Below are positions 26,885-40,285 of a stretch of 64,000 bases of DNA, piece after piece. Source of the DNA: Tubulanus polymorphus. Taxonomy: Eukaryota; Animalia; Nemertea. The notes beneath the pieces were generated by a model. It was not told the origin of the DNA and did not search any database. It was given only the letters and a program-made list of their open reading frames with translations. Positions within the stretch are counted from its first letter, which is position 1. Each line of letters opens with the position of its first letter. The position numbers and the translations under genes were made by a program. The DNA lies in the NCBI RefSeq assembly GCF_964204645.1, contig NC_134030.1, positions 21,164,210-21,228,209 of the forward strand. The letters are read 5' to 3'.

Positions 26885-27333
26885 CGGGGCTTTGTTCGAT
26901 TTAAGACCAATCTTAGGTTCTACCATCTTGGTTCTATAGTCAATCTAACAACTTAAAACCAGTCTGTTGCTGATATATCGGCTTTAGAACTAAGCTGGTC
27001 CTAGACTAGTCGGTCTAAGCCCTGACTATGGAACCGGTCCTAGTTACAGTTCGACATTTAGAGTCAGACCCTACCTGTGGAGCTAAGTCCAGATATCTGT
27101 AATGTTGAAATTGGACTAATTTTTTCGGGGAAAAATTTCACTTGAATCTTACTCAGAACTGGACGGTTAACTTTTCAAAAGGATAGAAATAGAATTGAAA
27201 GTGTATATTATTATGGACAAGCTTGATATGCAGAATATTGAAATTGTCGATGATATGCGATAATCAGTTTAATTGTTGACAATTATGTGTTAATGTGTTG
27301 TTCCTGTAAGCTAGTGTAAAAGTGCGTCTATTT

Positions 27334-28070
27334 GAGCTGTCAACCAACTCTGATTATCAGGAATAGTCTGAAAATACTTGATTGTCCCCCCTGACGCACA
27401 CAGAGCTGTCAACCATCCCTGATTGTCAGGAACAGTCTCTGAAAATACTGTACTGTCCCCCCTGACGCACACAGAACTGTCAACAATCCCTGATTGTCAG
27501 GAACCGTCTCTGAAAATACTGTACTGTCCCCCCTGACGCACACAGAGCTGTCAACAATCCCCGATTGTCAGGAACAGTCTCTGAAAATACTTTGCTGTCC
27601 CCCCTGATGTACACAGAGCTGTCAACAATCCCTGATTGTCAGGAACAGTCTCTGAAAATACTTTGCTGTCCCCCCTGCCGCACACAGAGCTGTCAACAAT
27701 CCCTGGGGCCGGTTGCATAGTCATGGCTTTGACTTAAGACCAGTCTAAGACCAACTTAGTTCTATAGCCAATCTAACAACTTAAGACCAGTCTTAAGATT
27801 AAAGACCACTTTTTGACTTAAGTCACGACTGCGCAACCGGGCCCCTGGTTATCAAGATCAGTCTTTGAAAATACTTTGCTGTCCCCCCTGACGCACACAG
27901 AGCTGTCAACCATCCCTGATTGTCAGGAACAGTTTCTGGAAATACTTCACTGTCCTCCCTGATGCACACAGAGCTGTCAACAAACCCTGATTGTCAGGAA
28001 CAGTTTCTGAAAATACTTTGCTGTCCCCCCTGACGCACGCAGAGCTGTCAACCATCCCTGATTGTCAGCA
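27334..28070 (+). repeat. 71-bp satellite (GAGCTGTCAACCATCCCTGATTGTCAGGAACAG...) interrupted by a MITE
   Basis: Tandem units ending ~75 bp before the ATG-exon acceptor. Confidence 0.9.
27706..27844. mobile_element. ~140-bp PIF/Harbinger-like MITE (family A) inserted into the 71-bp satellite
   Basis: TIRs GGGCCGGTTGCATAGTCATGGCTT...AAGTCACGACTGCGCAACCGGGCCC. 3-bp TSD CTG (27703-27705 and 27845-27847) interrupts a satellite unit. Confidence 0.85.
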
Positions 28071-28215
28071 AAAGTCTCTAATTGCCGCCGAATCAATTTT
28101 TCAGGCTTAATTCCTCAAAACCGATTGCGTTTTTCTATTTAGCAGGATTGACACCGAGCCGGTAGTGAGATATCGTTTAGAAGTGAACAACACATTGTGA
28201 AAGTCTCGTTGGTAA

Positions 28216-28252
<37 letters not shown>

Positions 28253-28256
28253 AACG

Positions 28257-28337
28257 ATGGAACCCGAACAGAAGCAGACGAATGGCGGAACGCCGGTTTC
28301 ATCTACTCTTACTATACGTATGATAATGCAGGGAAAG
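28257..28337 (+). CDS. PCBP3: PCBP/mub-family KH protein, first coding exon (MEPEQKQTNGGTPVSSTLTIRMIMQGK)
   Basis: TLTIRMIMQGK matches the PCBP KH1 start (TLTIRLLMHGK). In-frame TAA at 28251 precedes the ATG. Donor AAG|gtaggt. Upstream acceptor ttttctatttag/cag at 28140-28145. The symbol denotes the family; the exact paralogue cannot be assigned. Confidence 0.93.
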
Positions 28338-29075
28338 GTAGGTAGAGCGCGCTACTGTCTTTTATTGTTATTTTTATTTTTTATATTATTATTTTTTTTT
28401 TATCTGAAAATAGGGATTGTCCCCATTATTTATTTATTTGGCTGGTAAATTTCGTTTGATTTTTCGACTGAGTGCCCCTTACAGCCCGCCACACCTGCCG
28501 GGAGCGAAACAGGGGGTTTGATTTTGAAATCGCAAATCGAAGTACTTGTTATTAGCGTTGATTATTTGAGACCTAACTTCGAAGACGAGCTCGTTCTCAG
28601 AATAGCCAATGCCGTTACTGGTATCCCTATAATAAGGTTGTGGATTATATAGTTTCTATCTTCCTTTCATTGTTTATAGTGTTCACCCTTTTCTGGGTTT
28701 GTTCTCTTTCATTCATAATCATGCACCTCGATTCGTGATGAATAAACGAATTTGAACTCGATTTTCCGATTCGAGTTTACGGCTGATATTCGGATCCGTC
28801 ATGGCAAAAAAAATTCAGTTCTTGGTCGTTCATTTTGCGAGTTTAATTTTTAACTCGAATCTTTGTAACTGTGTCCGGAATCCTACTCTGACGTTTCCTG
28901 TTTTTGTGGCTATTTACAAAACGTAACAGGCATAAGATAGGCCCGGACTTAGCTCCTCCGCGAGGCTCCTTGCGATTTATAAAGTGGATAGTTAACATAT
29001 CGATAATTCAGAGTTAATCGTTCTGTGGTTTATTTACCCGCCGGTTATCTTTAACCAACCTTTCAACAACTCCAG

Positions 29076-29171
29076 GGTCCAGTTCCACAGTTGTGAGTTA
29101 AGTTAACTCATTGAAAATGAACTAGCTTTAACTCACGAGTTAACTCTAACTCACGACTGTGGAACTGGGTC
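29076..29171. mobile_element. ~96-bp Harbinger-like MITE (family B)
   Basis: TIRs GGTCCAGTTCCACAGTTGTGAGTTA...TAACTCACGACTGTGGAACTGGGTC, flanked by CAG/CAG. Further copy at 61543-61639; degenerate copies at ~35320-35425 and ~63775-63910. Confidence 0.8.
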
Positions 29172-29639
29172 CAGAAGTCGAAGACCAAAAATAGTCTATA
29201 ATTTAGACTTCGGCGTAGAGCTAGATTTTAGTCACGGCGCCATCTGGTGATCGGGTACGTAGCCTTAATTTGAATTGGACGATCATTACTCAACTCTGTC
29301 CTGTCGTTTTGAAATAGGATCGTAAATGAAAATACGAAGTCGTTAAATATCGACTGAATGATGTTTATCGTTGACGGATATTTTCTGATGTAAGATTGAT
29401 AAGCGTCGGTACGAGGGGGAGGGTTCGGTCTGTGTGTGTGTGTGGTTGCAATCTGTTCTCTCAGTCTCCGCTGCTCAGCCGGAAAATTGCTATCCCTACA
29501 ACCATAAAATCATTCTGTCGTTACCGCTTCACGGCGAGCCGGTCTAATCCGGTCTAATCGGCCGTTTATACCTCGAGCGCACGACCCCCCCAGCCGTCGC
29601 GCTGTGCACCAGCTGACATATTCAATCATCAACCGCGAG

Positions 29640-30200
29640 AGATCCACCAGGTGTCGCTAGTGTGCACTAGGACATCAACTACTGCAGCAATAGAGGATCC
29701 ACTAGGTGTCACTAGTGTGCAGTAGGACATCAACTACTGCGGCAATAGAGGATTCCACTTGTGGCAAGTGAGGATCCACAAGGTGTCGCTAGTGAAACTA
29801 ACACCAGCTACTGCGGCAATGTATGATTCCTCTCGGCAAATGAGGATCAACCAGGTGTCGCTAGTGTGCACTAGGACATCAACTACTGCAGCATTAGAGG
29901 ATTCCACTTGTGACAAGTGAGGATCCACCAGGTGTTGCTAGTGTGCAGTAGGACATCAACTACTGCAGTAATAGAGGATTCCACTTGTGGCAAGTTAGGA
30001 TCCACAAGGTGTCGCTAGTGAAACTAACACCAGCTACTGCAGTAATAGAGGATTCCACTTGTGGCAAGTGAGGATCCACCAGGTGTCGCTAGTGCGCAGT
30101 AGGACATCAACTAGCGTGACAATACAAGATTCCACTTGCTGCAAGTGAGGATCTATCAGGTGGCGCTAGTGCATAGTAAGACTTCAACTCCTCTGGCAAT
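29640..30200 (-). repeat. 77-bp satellite array, inverted
   Basis: GATCCACCAGGTGTCGCTAGTG units with variants. Confidence 0.88.
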
Positions 30201-30526
30201 ACAGGATATTGTCACTGCCGTCAAGTCTGTTTTCAATCCAGTTTATTAATGATTTTAAGCGTATTGAAATTGAGTCGGGAGTTTACGAATGAATCCTAAC
30301 TTTTTTTAACGGATTTCGTGAGATATTATATTCCTTTCATCGCTCAAAGTGCATTAAAGGTGAGAAGATGAGAGACAACCAACACTTTGTGGTTGTCGCT
30401 GTAACCATTCTTGCATCATCAAAGTCAACATATTGTATTAAAGCAATGTTACACTCCCACTCATTAGAAATGGAACTCTCCCTCCCTCCCTCCCTTTCTC
30501 TCCCTCCCTCCCTTTCTCTCCCTCCC

Positions 30527-30568
<42 letters not shown>

Positions 30569-31240
30569 CCCTCCCCCCTCCCTCCCTCTCTCTCTCTCTC
30601 CCTTCCTCCCTTTCTCCCTCTCACTCCCCTCTATCTCTTTCTCCTCCCTCTATCTCTCTCTCTCTCTCTCCCCCTCTCTCCCCCGCCTCCCCCTCATGCG
30701 GAACACTACCCTCGCCGCTCATCTAACAATGATCACCGCGGCGTTGCGTCGTAACTTTCATCTCATCACCGTGGTTACGATTATTGCTCAGGTGTGCCGT
30801 CGTCGTCGGCGACGACAATGCGCGGCGAATTTCGGCTACAAGACGAAATTGAATTTATAATCTCATAGCGGTGTTTATGATGAAATCTGGCTGCGGGAAA
30901 ATGATGACGATGACGATGATGATGATGATGATGATGATGATGATAGATTTTTGCAAAGGTAATAAATAAACCGGGCGCCTTGTTTCGTAAGTTCAAGGGT
31001 CTTTTATTTCCATTTCATTAGGATTATACGTCACCGCGTTCGTTCCTCTCCGTTCCCCGTCGGCTTACCGAAGCGTTATTGATAGTTCTGTTGGGTAATC
31101 GGCAAATCGGTATTTCGCGCTTCCTACGTGCACGCACGCGTGCGTGTAAAGGAATCAACGATCGTCGGAGAATTGAATGTTTTTCAACCCTCTCATCGTT
31201 CACTGATTCGTACCCTGCCTGTGGAGACAATTTGAAAGTT

Positions 31241-31545
31241 TGTATAATGGCTGCACTACTAGCTTGCGTCTACCCCACAGTGCGCGGTGTATAATGGCTG
31301 CATTACTAGATTGCGTCTACCCCATAGTGCGGTGTATAATGTCTGCACTAGTAGATTGCGTCTACCCCACAGTGCAGTGTATAATGTCTGCACTACTAGA
31401 TTGTGTCCACCCCACAGCGCGGTGTATAATGGCTGCACCACTAGATTGCATCTACCCCACAGTGTGGTGTATAATGGTTGCACTAGTAGATTGCGTCCAC
31501 CCCACAGTGCGGTGTACATAGTGCGGTGTATAATGGGTGTATTAC
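31241..31545 (+). repeat. 45-bp minisatellite related to the piggyBac-like MITE end
   Basis: Unit TGCGTCTACCCCACAGTGCGGTGTATAATGGCTGCACTACTAGAT. Confidence 0.88.
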
Positions 31546-32436
31546 TGTATTGTGTATGTCCCTAAGTTGTTTCGATGCAGTGTACTCGCAGAGTCCATCA
31601 CCGATTAAGCGAACACCGCATTGCGAGGTAGACACCAAACGGGTTCAATAGAAGATAAACATGTGATCGGTATTTCAATCGTGTGGCGAGCACTTGTTTC
31701 GATTCCGAGCAATGTTTTAAGTGTGAAACTAACTAACTAAGAGTGTTTGAAAATTGTCACTCGAGTTCGAGTATAGATGTGAATATTCTTCGGACTGACT
31801 TCATCGGAGTTACGTTTTAAACAAACTTAGAATCAATTACAACATGAAGCCGCTTAAGGAATATCAAAATCATGACGTATGGAGCCATCCCTTTTCTGGA
31901 AGGTGGCGCCACGAATCGCCAGTTCAGAGCCTGCCTTCCCGATAGCGGCTGGCTCCGGGAATATTCAAACCATGATGTTTCGTGGTTCGTCTGATAGGTG
32001 TTACGATGAAGTCGCTCATTAAATGAATAATCCCGCAGGGTTTGAATCAGCAATCATTACGAGCGAGAGCGCGGTTTGCGAGCGCGTCGTCTGCCGGGTT
32101 TGGCTTTGATTTAGACGAGTCTTCGTACGATTCTTACACAATACCTCATACAGAGTTAATTAATGAAGATGAATGGAGCTGGCCCTGCGTGTTGAAACGG
32201 CTCTGAGGTCAGTCATAGGTTCTCATTATGTCAGAAATTCGAAACTTTTCAGAAATTGAATAGAAACCGCGGCCAGTCGGGGATTCCCTACTGAGACAAT
32301 TATTGCACCTGCTATCTCACTAGATGACGTGCACATCATTACGAAAACTCTAGAAATTCGGCTCATATTCAATGATCTTTCATATAGCTTTTAAGCCTCC
32401 CAAATGGAGCTTATCTCTTGAGAAAACTCCTGCAAT

Positions 32437-33134
32437 CTAGTTGATGTCATATTGCACACTAGCGACACCTGGTGGATCCTTAGTTGCCACAAATGGAATC
32501 CTCTATAGCTGCAGTAGTTGCTGTCCTACTTCACACTAGCGACACCTGGTGGATCCTCAGTTGCCACAAGTGGAATCCTCTATTGCTGAGTAGTTGATGT
32601 CCTACTTCACACTAGTGACACATGGTGGATCCTTAGTTGCCACAAATGGAATCCTCTATAGCTGCAGTATTTGCTGTCCTACTTCACACTAGCGACACCT
32701 GGTGGATCCTCAGTTGCCACAAGTGGAATCCTCTATTGCTGAGTAGTTGATGTCCTACTTCACACTAGCGACACCTGGTGGATCCTCAGTTGCCACAAGT
32801 GGAATCTTTTATTGCTGAGTAGTTGATGTCCTACTTCACACTAGTGACACCTGGTGGATCCTTAGTTGCCACAAATGGAATCCTCTATAGCTGCAGTAGT
32901 TGCTGTCCTACTTCACACTAGCGACACCTGGTGGATCCGCAGTTGCCACAAGTGGAATCCTCTATTGCCGCAGTAGTTGATGTCCTACTGCACACTAGCG
33001 ACACCCGGTGGATCCTCACTTGCCACTAGTGGAATCCTCTATTGCCGCAGTAGTTGATGTCCTACTGCACACTAGCGACACCCGGTGGATCCTCACTTGC
33101 CACTAGTGGAATCCTTTATTGCCGCAGTAGTTGG
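32437..33134 (+). repeat. 77-bp satellite array (~9 units)
   Basis: Direct tandem copies. Confidence 0.92.
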
Positions 33135-33642
33135 TTGATTCCTCATTTTCCCCTTGAAGTGAGAAGTCTATAGTTTACCCAATCAATTGCTAATATCAAC
33201 CTCTAGTTTGCTGAGTTGAGTAGTTTCTTTCTAGTCAAATCCCTGATGATTTATCATTTGCAGAAGAAGTTATTTATCAATCAAGCTGTGTTGACAGCTC
33301 GGTCTATCAGGGGGTCAGTGACCTGCACTTGTAGCGATTGTGTTTGAATTGATGTTTTAAACGCTGAGCGAACATATTTTGATTGATGGACCAGTGATAG
33401 TTATTTCAAACATGATTGGCTGATATAGGAAAAATCCCGTTCCCTTCGCGCTGCCTAACCCTCACCTACTCATCCCGTCAGACTGTCGGAGTTAAACGCT
33501 GAATCATAGTTGGAAAAAAAAAATCTCGGAAGGATGCTCGGAAAGATTTCTAGCAACTGGGCTCAAACTGACATATAGATTATTGAAACTGGTTTAAGTT
33601 AACCAGTGGTTAACATAGCGGTTGACATTTAGAACTGGTTAA

Positions 33643-33914
33643 CCCTTTCAGTGCTGGCTAATTAATACCCTATAGTGCTGAAGATAATTTGAAAATTCTG
33701 AAAAATTCCACCCTAGTGTGTTTAATAACGGGAATACCACTATAGTGCGTCTACACCGCGACGCGGTGTACCGTTAGTTGCTAATAGTTCACTATGTTTG
33801 ACAGGTGCTGCCATCTTTCAAGAGAGATAATTAGTAATTACTAATTAAATCAATACACCGCAGTGCGGTGTACTAGAAAAATCCATCACTGATTCGTACA
33901 CCGCACTGAAAGGG
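33643..33914. mobile_element. piggyBac-like MITE (family C)
   Basis: TTAA|CCCTTTCAGTGC...GCACTGAAAGGG|TTAA with internal TACACCGCnnnGCGGTGTA palindromes. Confidence 0.88.
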
Positions 33915-34421
33915 TTAAACGACCGAGAAATTGGGAAAACTCGGGGGGAATTTCTGGAAATATTTGCGAATTTAGTCAGTTTTCCTCTATAATGCGGTAA
34001 ATATGTGGGAAATTCATTTTAAACTTCACCTAGCAGAGTTGTTGGATGTCGATTGTTTGCCGTAGGGCGACTTTCTTCATCAATTTTTCTCTGAAAATCA
34101 TAATTATCGAAAACAATCACTGCTGAAAACGTTGACTAGAGATCCCGTAGTAAAATGAAAAAATCAAACGTACGAAACATTTGCGAAAATCTCTGAAATC
34201 TCGAATTCACGTATAATTGTGCGAACAATGGAAAAGTTTAACTGATCGATATCGAACTGATTGAAGAATTTTTTACGGCGGGTTTGATGAGGGACTACAA
34301 ATCAACACTAGTCAGACTAAATCTATACTGAAATCACGGTCAGCGGACTCGGCGGTACTGAAATCACGGTCAACGGACTCGGTGACTGAAATCACAAGCA
34401 ATGCCCTGTGAAGTAGCTTAA

Positions 34422-34669
34422 CCCTTTCAGTGCTGATTAATTGAATAACGGGAATACCACTATAGTGCGTCTACACCGCGGCGCGGTGTATCATTAGCTT
34501 TGAATATTTCCCTATTTGACAGATGCTACCATCTTTCCATAGAGATAAAAACTTATTACTAATAACATCAATACACCTCAATGCGGTGTACTAGCTAAGT
34601 CCGTTGCCCATTTTTACGAATTCCATTGCTGATCATACACCGCAGTTCGGTGTAGACGCACTGAAAGGG
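34422..34669. mobile_element. piggyBac-like MITE family C
   Basis: TTAA TSD and CCCTTTCAGTGC TIRs; internal deletion relative to other copies. Confidence 0.86.
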
Positions 34670-35529
34670 TTAAGTCATCTGCGGTTATAGCGAATGGAGG
34701 GTTAATTCTACTCATGCGAGCGCACGTCCGCGTTCTAGAGGGTTAATCGACGTTATCTCAATACGAACAATGTCATTAGCGAATGCCATCAAATTTTCTG
34801 ATAGAATTTTTCATATTTTCCGACGACGACGACGACGGCGACCGACGCTACGGTACGAGACGTTTATTAACGCGGGTACGTTCTTCTAAAGATTCAGTGA
34901 TTTCCGGCATTCCCTCTCTCGCGCTCTCCGGTCTAGATAATAGATAAAAAACGTATTCGTTCGTTCCTTTCATATATCGATACGCCTTATTAATAACCGA
35001 AAAAAAAGGAAGAAAAAGGTCGGAATTAGGATTATCTCGTTGTCCCCGAGAAACGATAGCAACGACGCAACGACGTACGTACGAGCGCGACTTCATCATG
35101 ACTTCCGTAGTGGTTCCGGAGTCATTAGCGTACGGGGCTAATCTCTCGACGAGTAATTGACGTGTCTAATGATTGAAGTCGTTCGCCGGTCGTTGATGTT
35201 TGCGTCTTGCCCGGTTTTTCGACTTCGTAGTAGCTCTTCGAAGAATTTCACGCGAGGACGGTTTCGTTTTTGGATTCGGTCGCAATCGAACCGGGTTTTC
35301 TGGTCCGTTTCGGCATGCAACCAGTTCGGCAGTTTATGAGTTAAGATTTGACTCGTCAGTTAACTCGTTGAAAATGAACTTATTTAGCTAAGAGTCTCTA
35401 ACTCACAACTGTGGAACTGGATCCTGGGTTTAATTGTGGACAACTTGAACTTGAACTTCACTACAGTAAAATAGTCCTGTAGTTTATGATTTCCCAGCCT
35501 TATTTTCCTTGTCCAGTAAGGACTATATG

Positions 35530-36170
35530 AGTCTAAGCTTATTTTGGTTCTATCACCAATCTAACAACTTAAGACCAGTCAAAGCTCATTTTGGTTCTAT
35601 AACCGATCTAACAACTTAAGACCAGTCTAAGCTCATTTTGGTTCTATAACCGATCTAACAACTTAAGACCAGTCTAAGCTCATTTTGGTTCTATAACCGA
35701 TCTAACAACTTAAGACCAGTCTAAGCTCATTTTGGTTCTATAACCGATCTAACAACTTAAGACCAGTCTAAGCTCATTTTGGTTCTATAACCGATCTAAC
35801 AACTTAAGACCAGTCTAAGCTCATTTTGGTTCTATAACCGATCTAACAACTTAAGACCAGTCTAAGCTAATTTTGGTTCTATAACCGATCTAACAACTTA
35901 AGACCAGTCTAAGCTCATTTTGGTTCTATAACGAATCTAACAACTTAAGACCAGTCTAAGCTCATTTTGGTTCTATAACCGATCTAACAACTTAAGACCA
36001 GTCTAGCTCATTTTGGTTCTATAACCAATCTAACAACTTAAGACCAGTCTGAACTCATTTTGATACTATAATTAATTGATTCTACAATCAATCTAACAAG
36101 TTAAGACTTGTCTAAGTTCATTTGCGTTCTATAGCCAATCTTAGCAACTTGAGACCAGTCTTAAGACTAG
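35530..36170 (+). repeat. 47-bp satellite array, highly homogeneous
   Basis: Period 47 (35583, 35630, ...). Confidence 0.92.
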
Positions 36171-37804
36171 AGGTCACTTTTAAACTGGCCGTGCCCCTTT
36201 GTTCTAGAATCTCCAAATATCCGCTGACGCTTCTATCACACCATTTTAAGTCCCGAAAGTTTGAATTTGTTTTTTTTTTTTACGACAAAGAAGTCTAAAA
36301 TTTTAATACGTTTTTATCTCTATATGATAATCCTTGTTTCATGCAACCTTCCTTGCAAACGGATAGAAACCAAAGCCTGACGATGAGTTATTCCACGGTA
36401 AAACCCTCCCACAACATGTTTCTCGTAATGAATCCCTCGAATTTCAGCCTTTTGATGTATTGTCGAGTCGGTAGTTGCGCGAGATAGACTGAATTTCATT
36501 CATTCACGGATTCCAGATTTCGTACCGGTTCGTCACGATCTCGTGAAGTTATTAGAATTCGACGAGCGGCTGATTGTACGCGGAAAATTGAAAAATCGTT
36601 ATCTAGAATTCGCAAAATTCGCAAAAAAAAAAGAGAAAAATAACCGCTCGAATCCATTGGTCTCGCGAGATAGATTGATGACGAAATAGGGGATTTCCTT
36701 GACCTTTTTTCCTCGGGGAAAAGGTACCGAACACGGTGGGGGATTCCCTTAGATATTTGGCTCGGATGTACTGGCATACCTGTACTGGGATACCCCTCCT
36801 TTCTAAAGGTTTGATTATTTCAAAAGTTAGGTCGGGTATGTGGGGCGAAAACCACTTCAATGCGTAGCTAAGACGCTGGCCTTTGAGTCATAAGCAGGAT
36901 TTCCCCTGAATTTACGCGCTTATATATGAACTAAACTCTTGAATTTCTTGTTTTAACTATAGGATATTGAAGATTTTGAAAATAGTGGTCTGAGCTTTTG
37001 ATATTTTTTTACCTCGGAGCGCGGATATTTTTGTCCCATTCGCCCGTAACATTTTGGCACCTCTTACATCCCTTCGAACCTAAGACCCCCTTCAAGCTTG
37101 CCCCTCAGCACCTTTCAGATTTACATTTATCTTCGACTAACCTTTTTAGCCGTCCCCCCACCCCCTCTCCCGATGATGATGATGATGATGAAAATGATGA
37201 TCTATATTTACATACTGGTATTGCCGGCCAACTTGCGCCCGTTCGTCGGCGTCGCCAATCGCTTTAGGGGCATTTTTCCGTGCCGCGCGTTCGGCCGGCG
37301 ACAATTTTTTAAAAGCTTTTCATTAAGCCGACGGTTGGAAGCTCACGTACGTAAACTCCGGTACGTACGTGAGCACATACGTACACGCACATACGCGGCT
37401 GCGTAAGACAAACCGTCTTAAAAGCGGGCAAACATCGACATCGTACCTGACGCCGTACGTTAAGAGGCTATTTGCTTACAGCCATTGACGGGGAAAATTT
37501 CATAATTGCTGCGTAATGGAATCGCGAGGATTAGCTTCGGGGGGATCTTTTACTATCGTCTTTTTCTTACCATTTGAATATTGGCTGAAATTGTTAACCC
37601 TTTCTTGCCATGCGCGCGGTTGCGGGTGTTGATTATGAAGATTACTGGAAGGAAGGAAGGCTGGCTCTCTCTCACTCTCCCTCCCTCCCTCCCTCTCTCT
37701 CTCCCTCTCCCTCTCTCTCTCCCTCTCTCTCTCTCTTTCTCTCTTTCTCTCTCTCCCTATCTCTCTCCCTCTCACTCTCACTCTCCCTCCTTCCCCTCCC
37801 TCCC

Positions 37805-37897
<93 letters not shown>

Positions 37898-38252
37898 CTC
37901 TCTCTCTTTCCCCTCCCTCCCTCTCTGTTTCTCCCTCTCTTATCCTCTGTCCATTTTTAACTCAGAACATCCAGAATTGATGACTCGCATAGGATGTCAT
38001 AACAACAATATCCATTCACACGGGACCATGTAATCGGATTAACCCAGGATTACACCTGCTAGATTACACTCGCATCACTGCATCTGTGTTTACCAATGGG
38101 GATCTTATCACTTATCAGCTGGCCTGCTTACCTGTGTCTGGCCGGTGATAAAACACAAGTTCTCACTCCTTATTGTTTTCACAGATGTGATCATGTTTTC
38201 TGTAAGAGGATTCCAGTTTACTGAAACGTTGGGCAGCTAGAAAGTGTGTTTT

Positions 38253-38686
38253 CCGACCACCAGATGTCAGTGTAAATAACAGTTGTTTTGATCTCGAAAT
38301 CAAAATCTGTTCTTTTTAAATTATTGACAACTCGGATTTTTGAACTTGTTGATCCAAATATTATAATCAAATAGCCAAGGAAAACATTCACACATTTCTA
38401 CTGTCAGTGTTTGGTATAGTTTTCATTGATAATTGATTTACTCGAAGAGAAGGAAATTTGATTCGATTTTAATTAAAATCTAGAAAAAATTGATGAGTTG
38501 CAACTAGCGACACCTGGTGGATCCTCACTTACCACAAGTGGAATCCTCTATTGCCGCAGTAGTTGATGTCCTACTGCACAATAGCGACACCTGGTGGATC
38601 CTCACTTACCACAAGTGGAATCCTTTATTGACGCAGTAGTTGATGTCCTACTGCACACTAGCGACACCTGGTGGATCCTCACTTGC
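38253..38686 (+). mobile_element. Family D copy (~2.4 satellite units)
   Basis: Same core plus 77-bp units. Confidence 0.75.
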
Positions 38687-39519
38687 AATAGCAACAAGTT
38701 GCCAGAGTTCTTATTTCGATTCTAACGGTCGATGAGTCGAGTCAATCAATCAGTATTCCAACGAACGCCGATTTCAACGGGAGAAATCGAAATTGAGGAT
38801 TTATTTCTAATCCGGAAATAGAGACGGGAGATATCGTATTTGATCGGATGAACCCGTCACCGCTGATGCTGCCGATGCTGCTGATGCTGCCGTCCTGATG
38901 TTAAGAGGATTTCAGGTCCAGTGACAAATTAAAAATCAATAATCTGACAGGCGGACGACATATTTAAACTTCAATATGGAAACAGGGAGCTTGAATAGAT
39001 TCATTATAGACAAAATGAATTTAGACTAGTCTTAAGTTGTTAGATTGGTTATAGAACCAAAATGAGCTTAGACTGGTCTTAAGTTGTTAGATTGGTTATA
39101 GAACCAAAATGAGTTTAGACTGGTCTTTTAAGCTAGTACCTGGTTTCTCAGTTCAGCCTATATGTGAGAATGAGCTTGTGACTCAAATCCATTTTCACTT
39201 AGAAAAAAAGAAGGAATTTCCACCGGGAATTATTCATGTATCTAACATTATGTAACATTAGCATCAACGGTCTGTTCGGTGACTATGATATCATCGAGAT
39301 GGAATATTCTCGACTTTGATCTTCGTAACAACTGAATCCATCTCCTCCGCAGTTATATCAGTGTCTAATAAGTCTTCTCTTTCGGAGAGAGCGTTCATCA
39401 TCATCATCATCTCCTTCAACGCTCCTTAATTCGGCTTGTATTGAATTCGAAAAAGCGTGTTCGCTGGATTTTGTCCTAATTGGTTGTTATCTAACTGTGT
39501 TTGGCTGCTTTGCCATCCC

Positions 39520-40285
39520 CCTGATGAGCGCTGAGCTGTCAACCATCTCTGATTGTCAGGAACAGTTTCTGAAAATACTTCACTGTCCTTCCTGACGCAC
39601 ACAGAGCTGTCAACCATCTGTGATTGTCAGGAAAAGTTTCTGAAAATACTTCACTGTCCTCCCTGACGCACACACAGCTGTCAACCATCTCTGATTGTCA
39701 GGAACAGTTTCTGAAAATACTTTACTGTCCTCCCTGATGCACACAGAGCTGTCAACCATCCCTGATTGTCAGGAACAGTCTCTGAAAATACTTAGCTGTC
39801 CCCCCTGACACACACAGAGCTGTCAACCATCCCTGATTGTCAGGAACAGTTTCTGAAAATACTTCACTGTCCTCCCTGACGCACACAGAGCTGTCAACCA
39901 TCTCTGATTGTCAGGAACAGTTTCTGAAAATACTTCACTGTCCTCCCTGACGCACACAGAGCTGTCAACCATCCCTGATTGTCAGGAACAGTTTCTGAAA
40001 ATACTTCACTGTCCTCCCTGACGCACACAGAGCTGTCAACCATCTCTGATTGTCAGGAACAGTTTCTGAAAATACTTCACTGTCCTCCCTGACGCACACA
40101 GAGCTGTCAACCATCTCTGATTGTCAGGAACAGTTTCTGAAAATACTTTACTGTCCTCCCTGATGCACACACAACTGTCAACCATCCCTGATTGTCAGGA
40201 ACAGTCTCTGAAAATACTTAGCTGTCCCCCCTGATGCACACAGAGCTGTCAACCATCTCTGATTGTCAGGAACAGTCTCTGAAAA
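39520..40285 (+). repeat. 71-bp satellite, ~10.5 units
   Basis: Period 71 (39533, 39604, ...). Confidence 0.93.

Noticed and set aside
38160-38206. Possible 17-nt microexon (ttttcacag|ATGTGATCATGTTTTCT|gtaaga) in intron 1
   Set aside because: Frameshifting, with a weak donor context; such sites arise by chance in a 13.7-kb intron.
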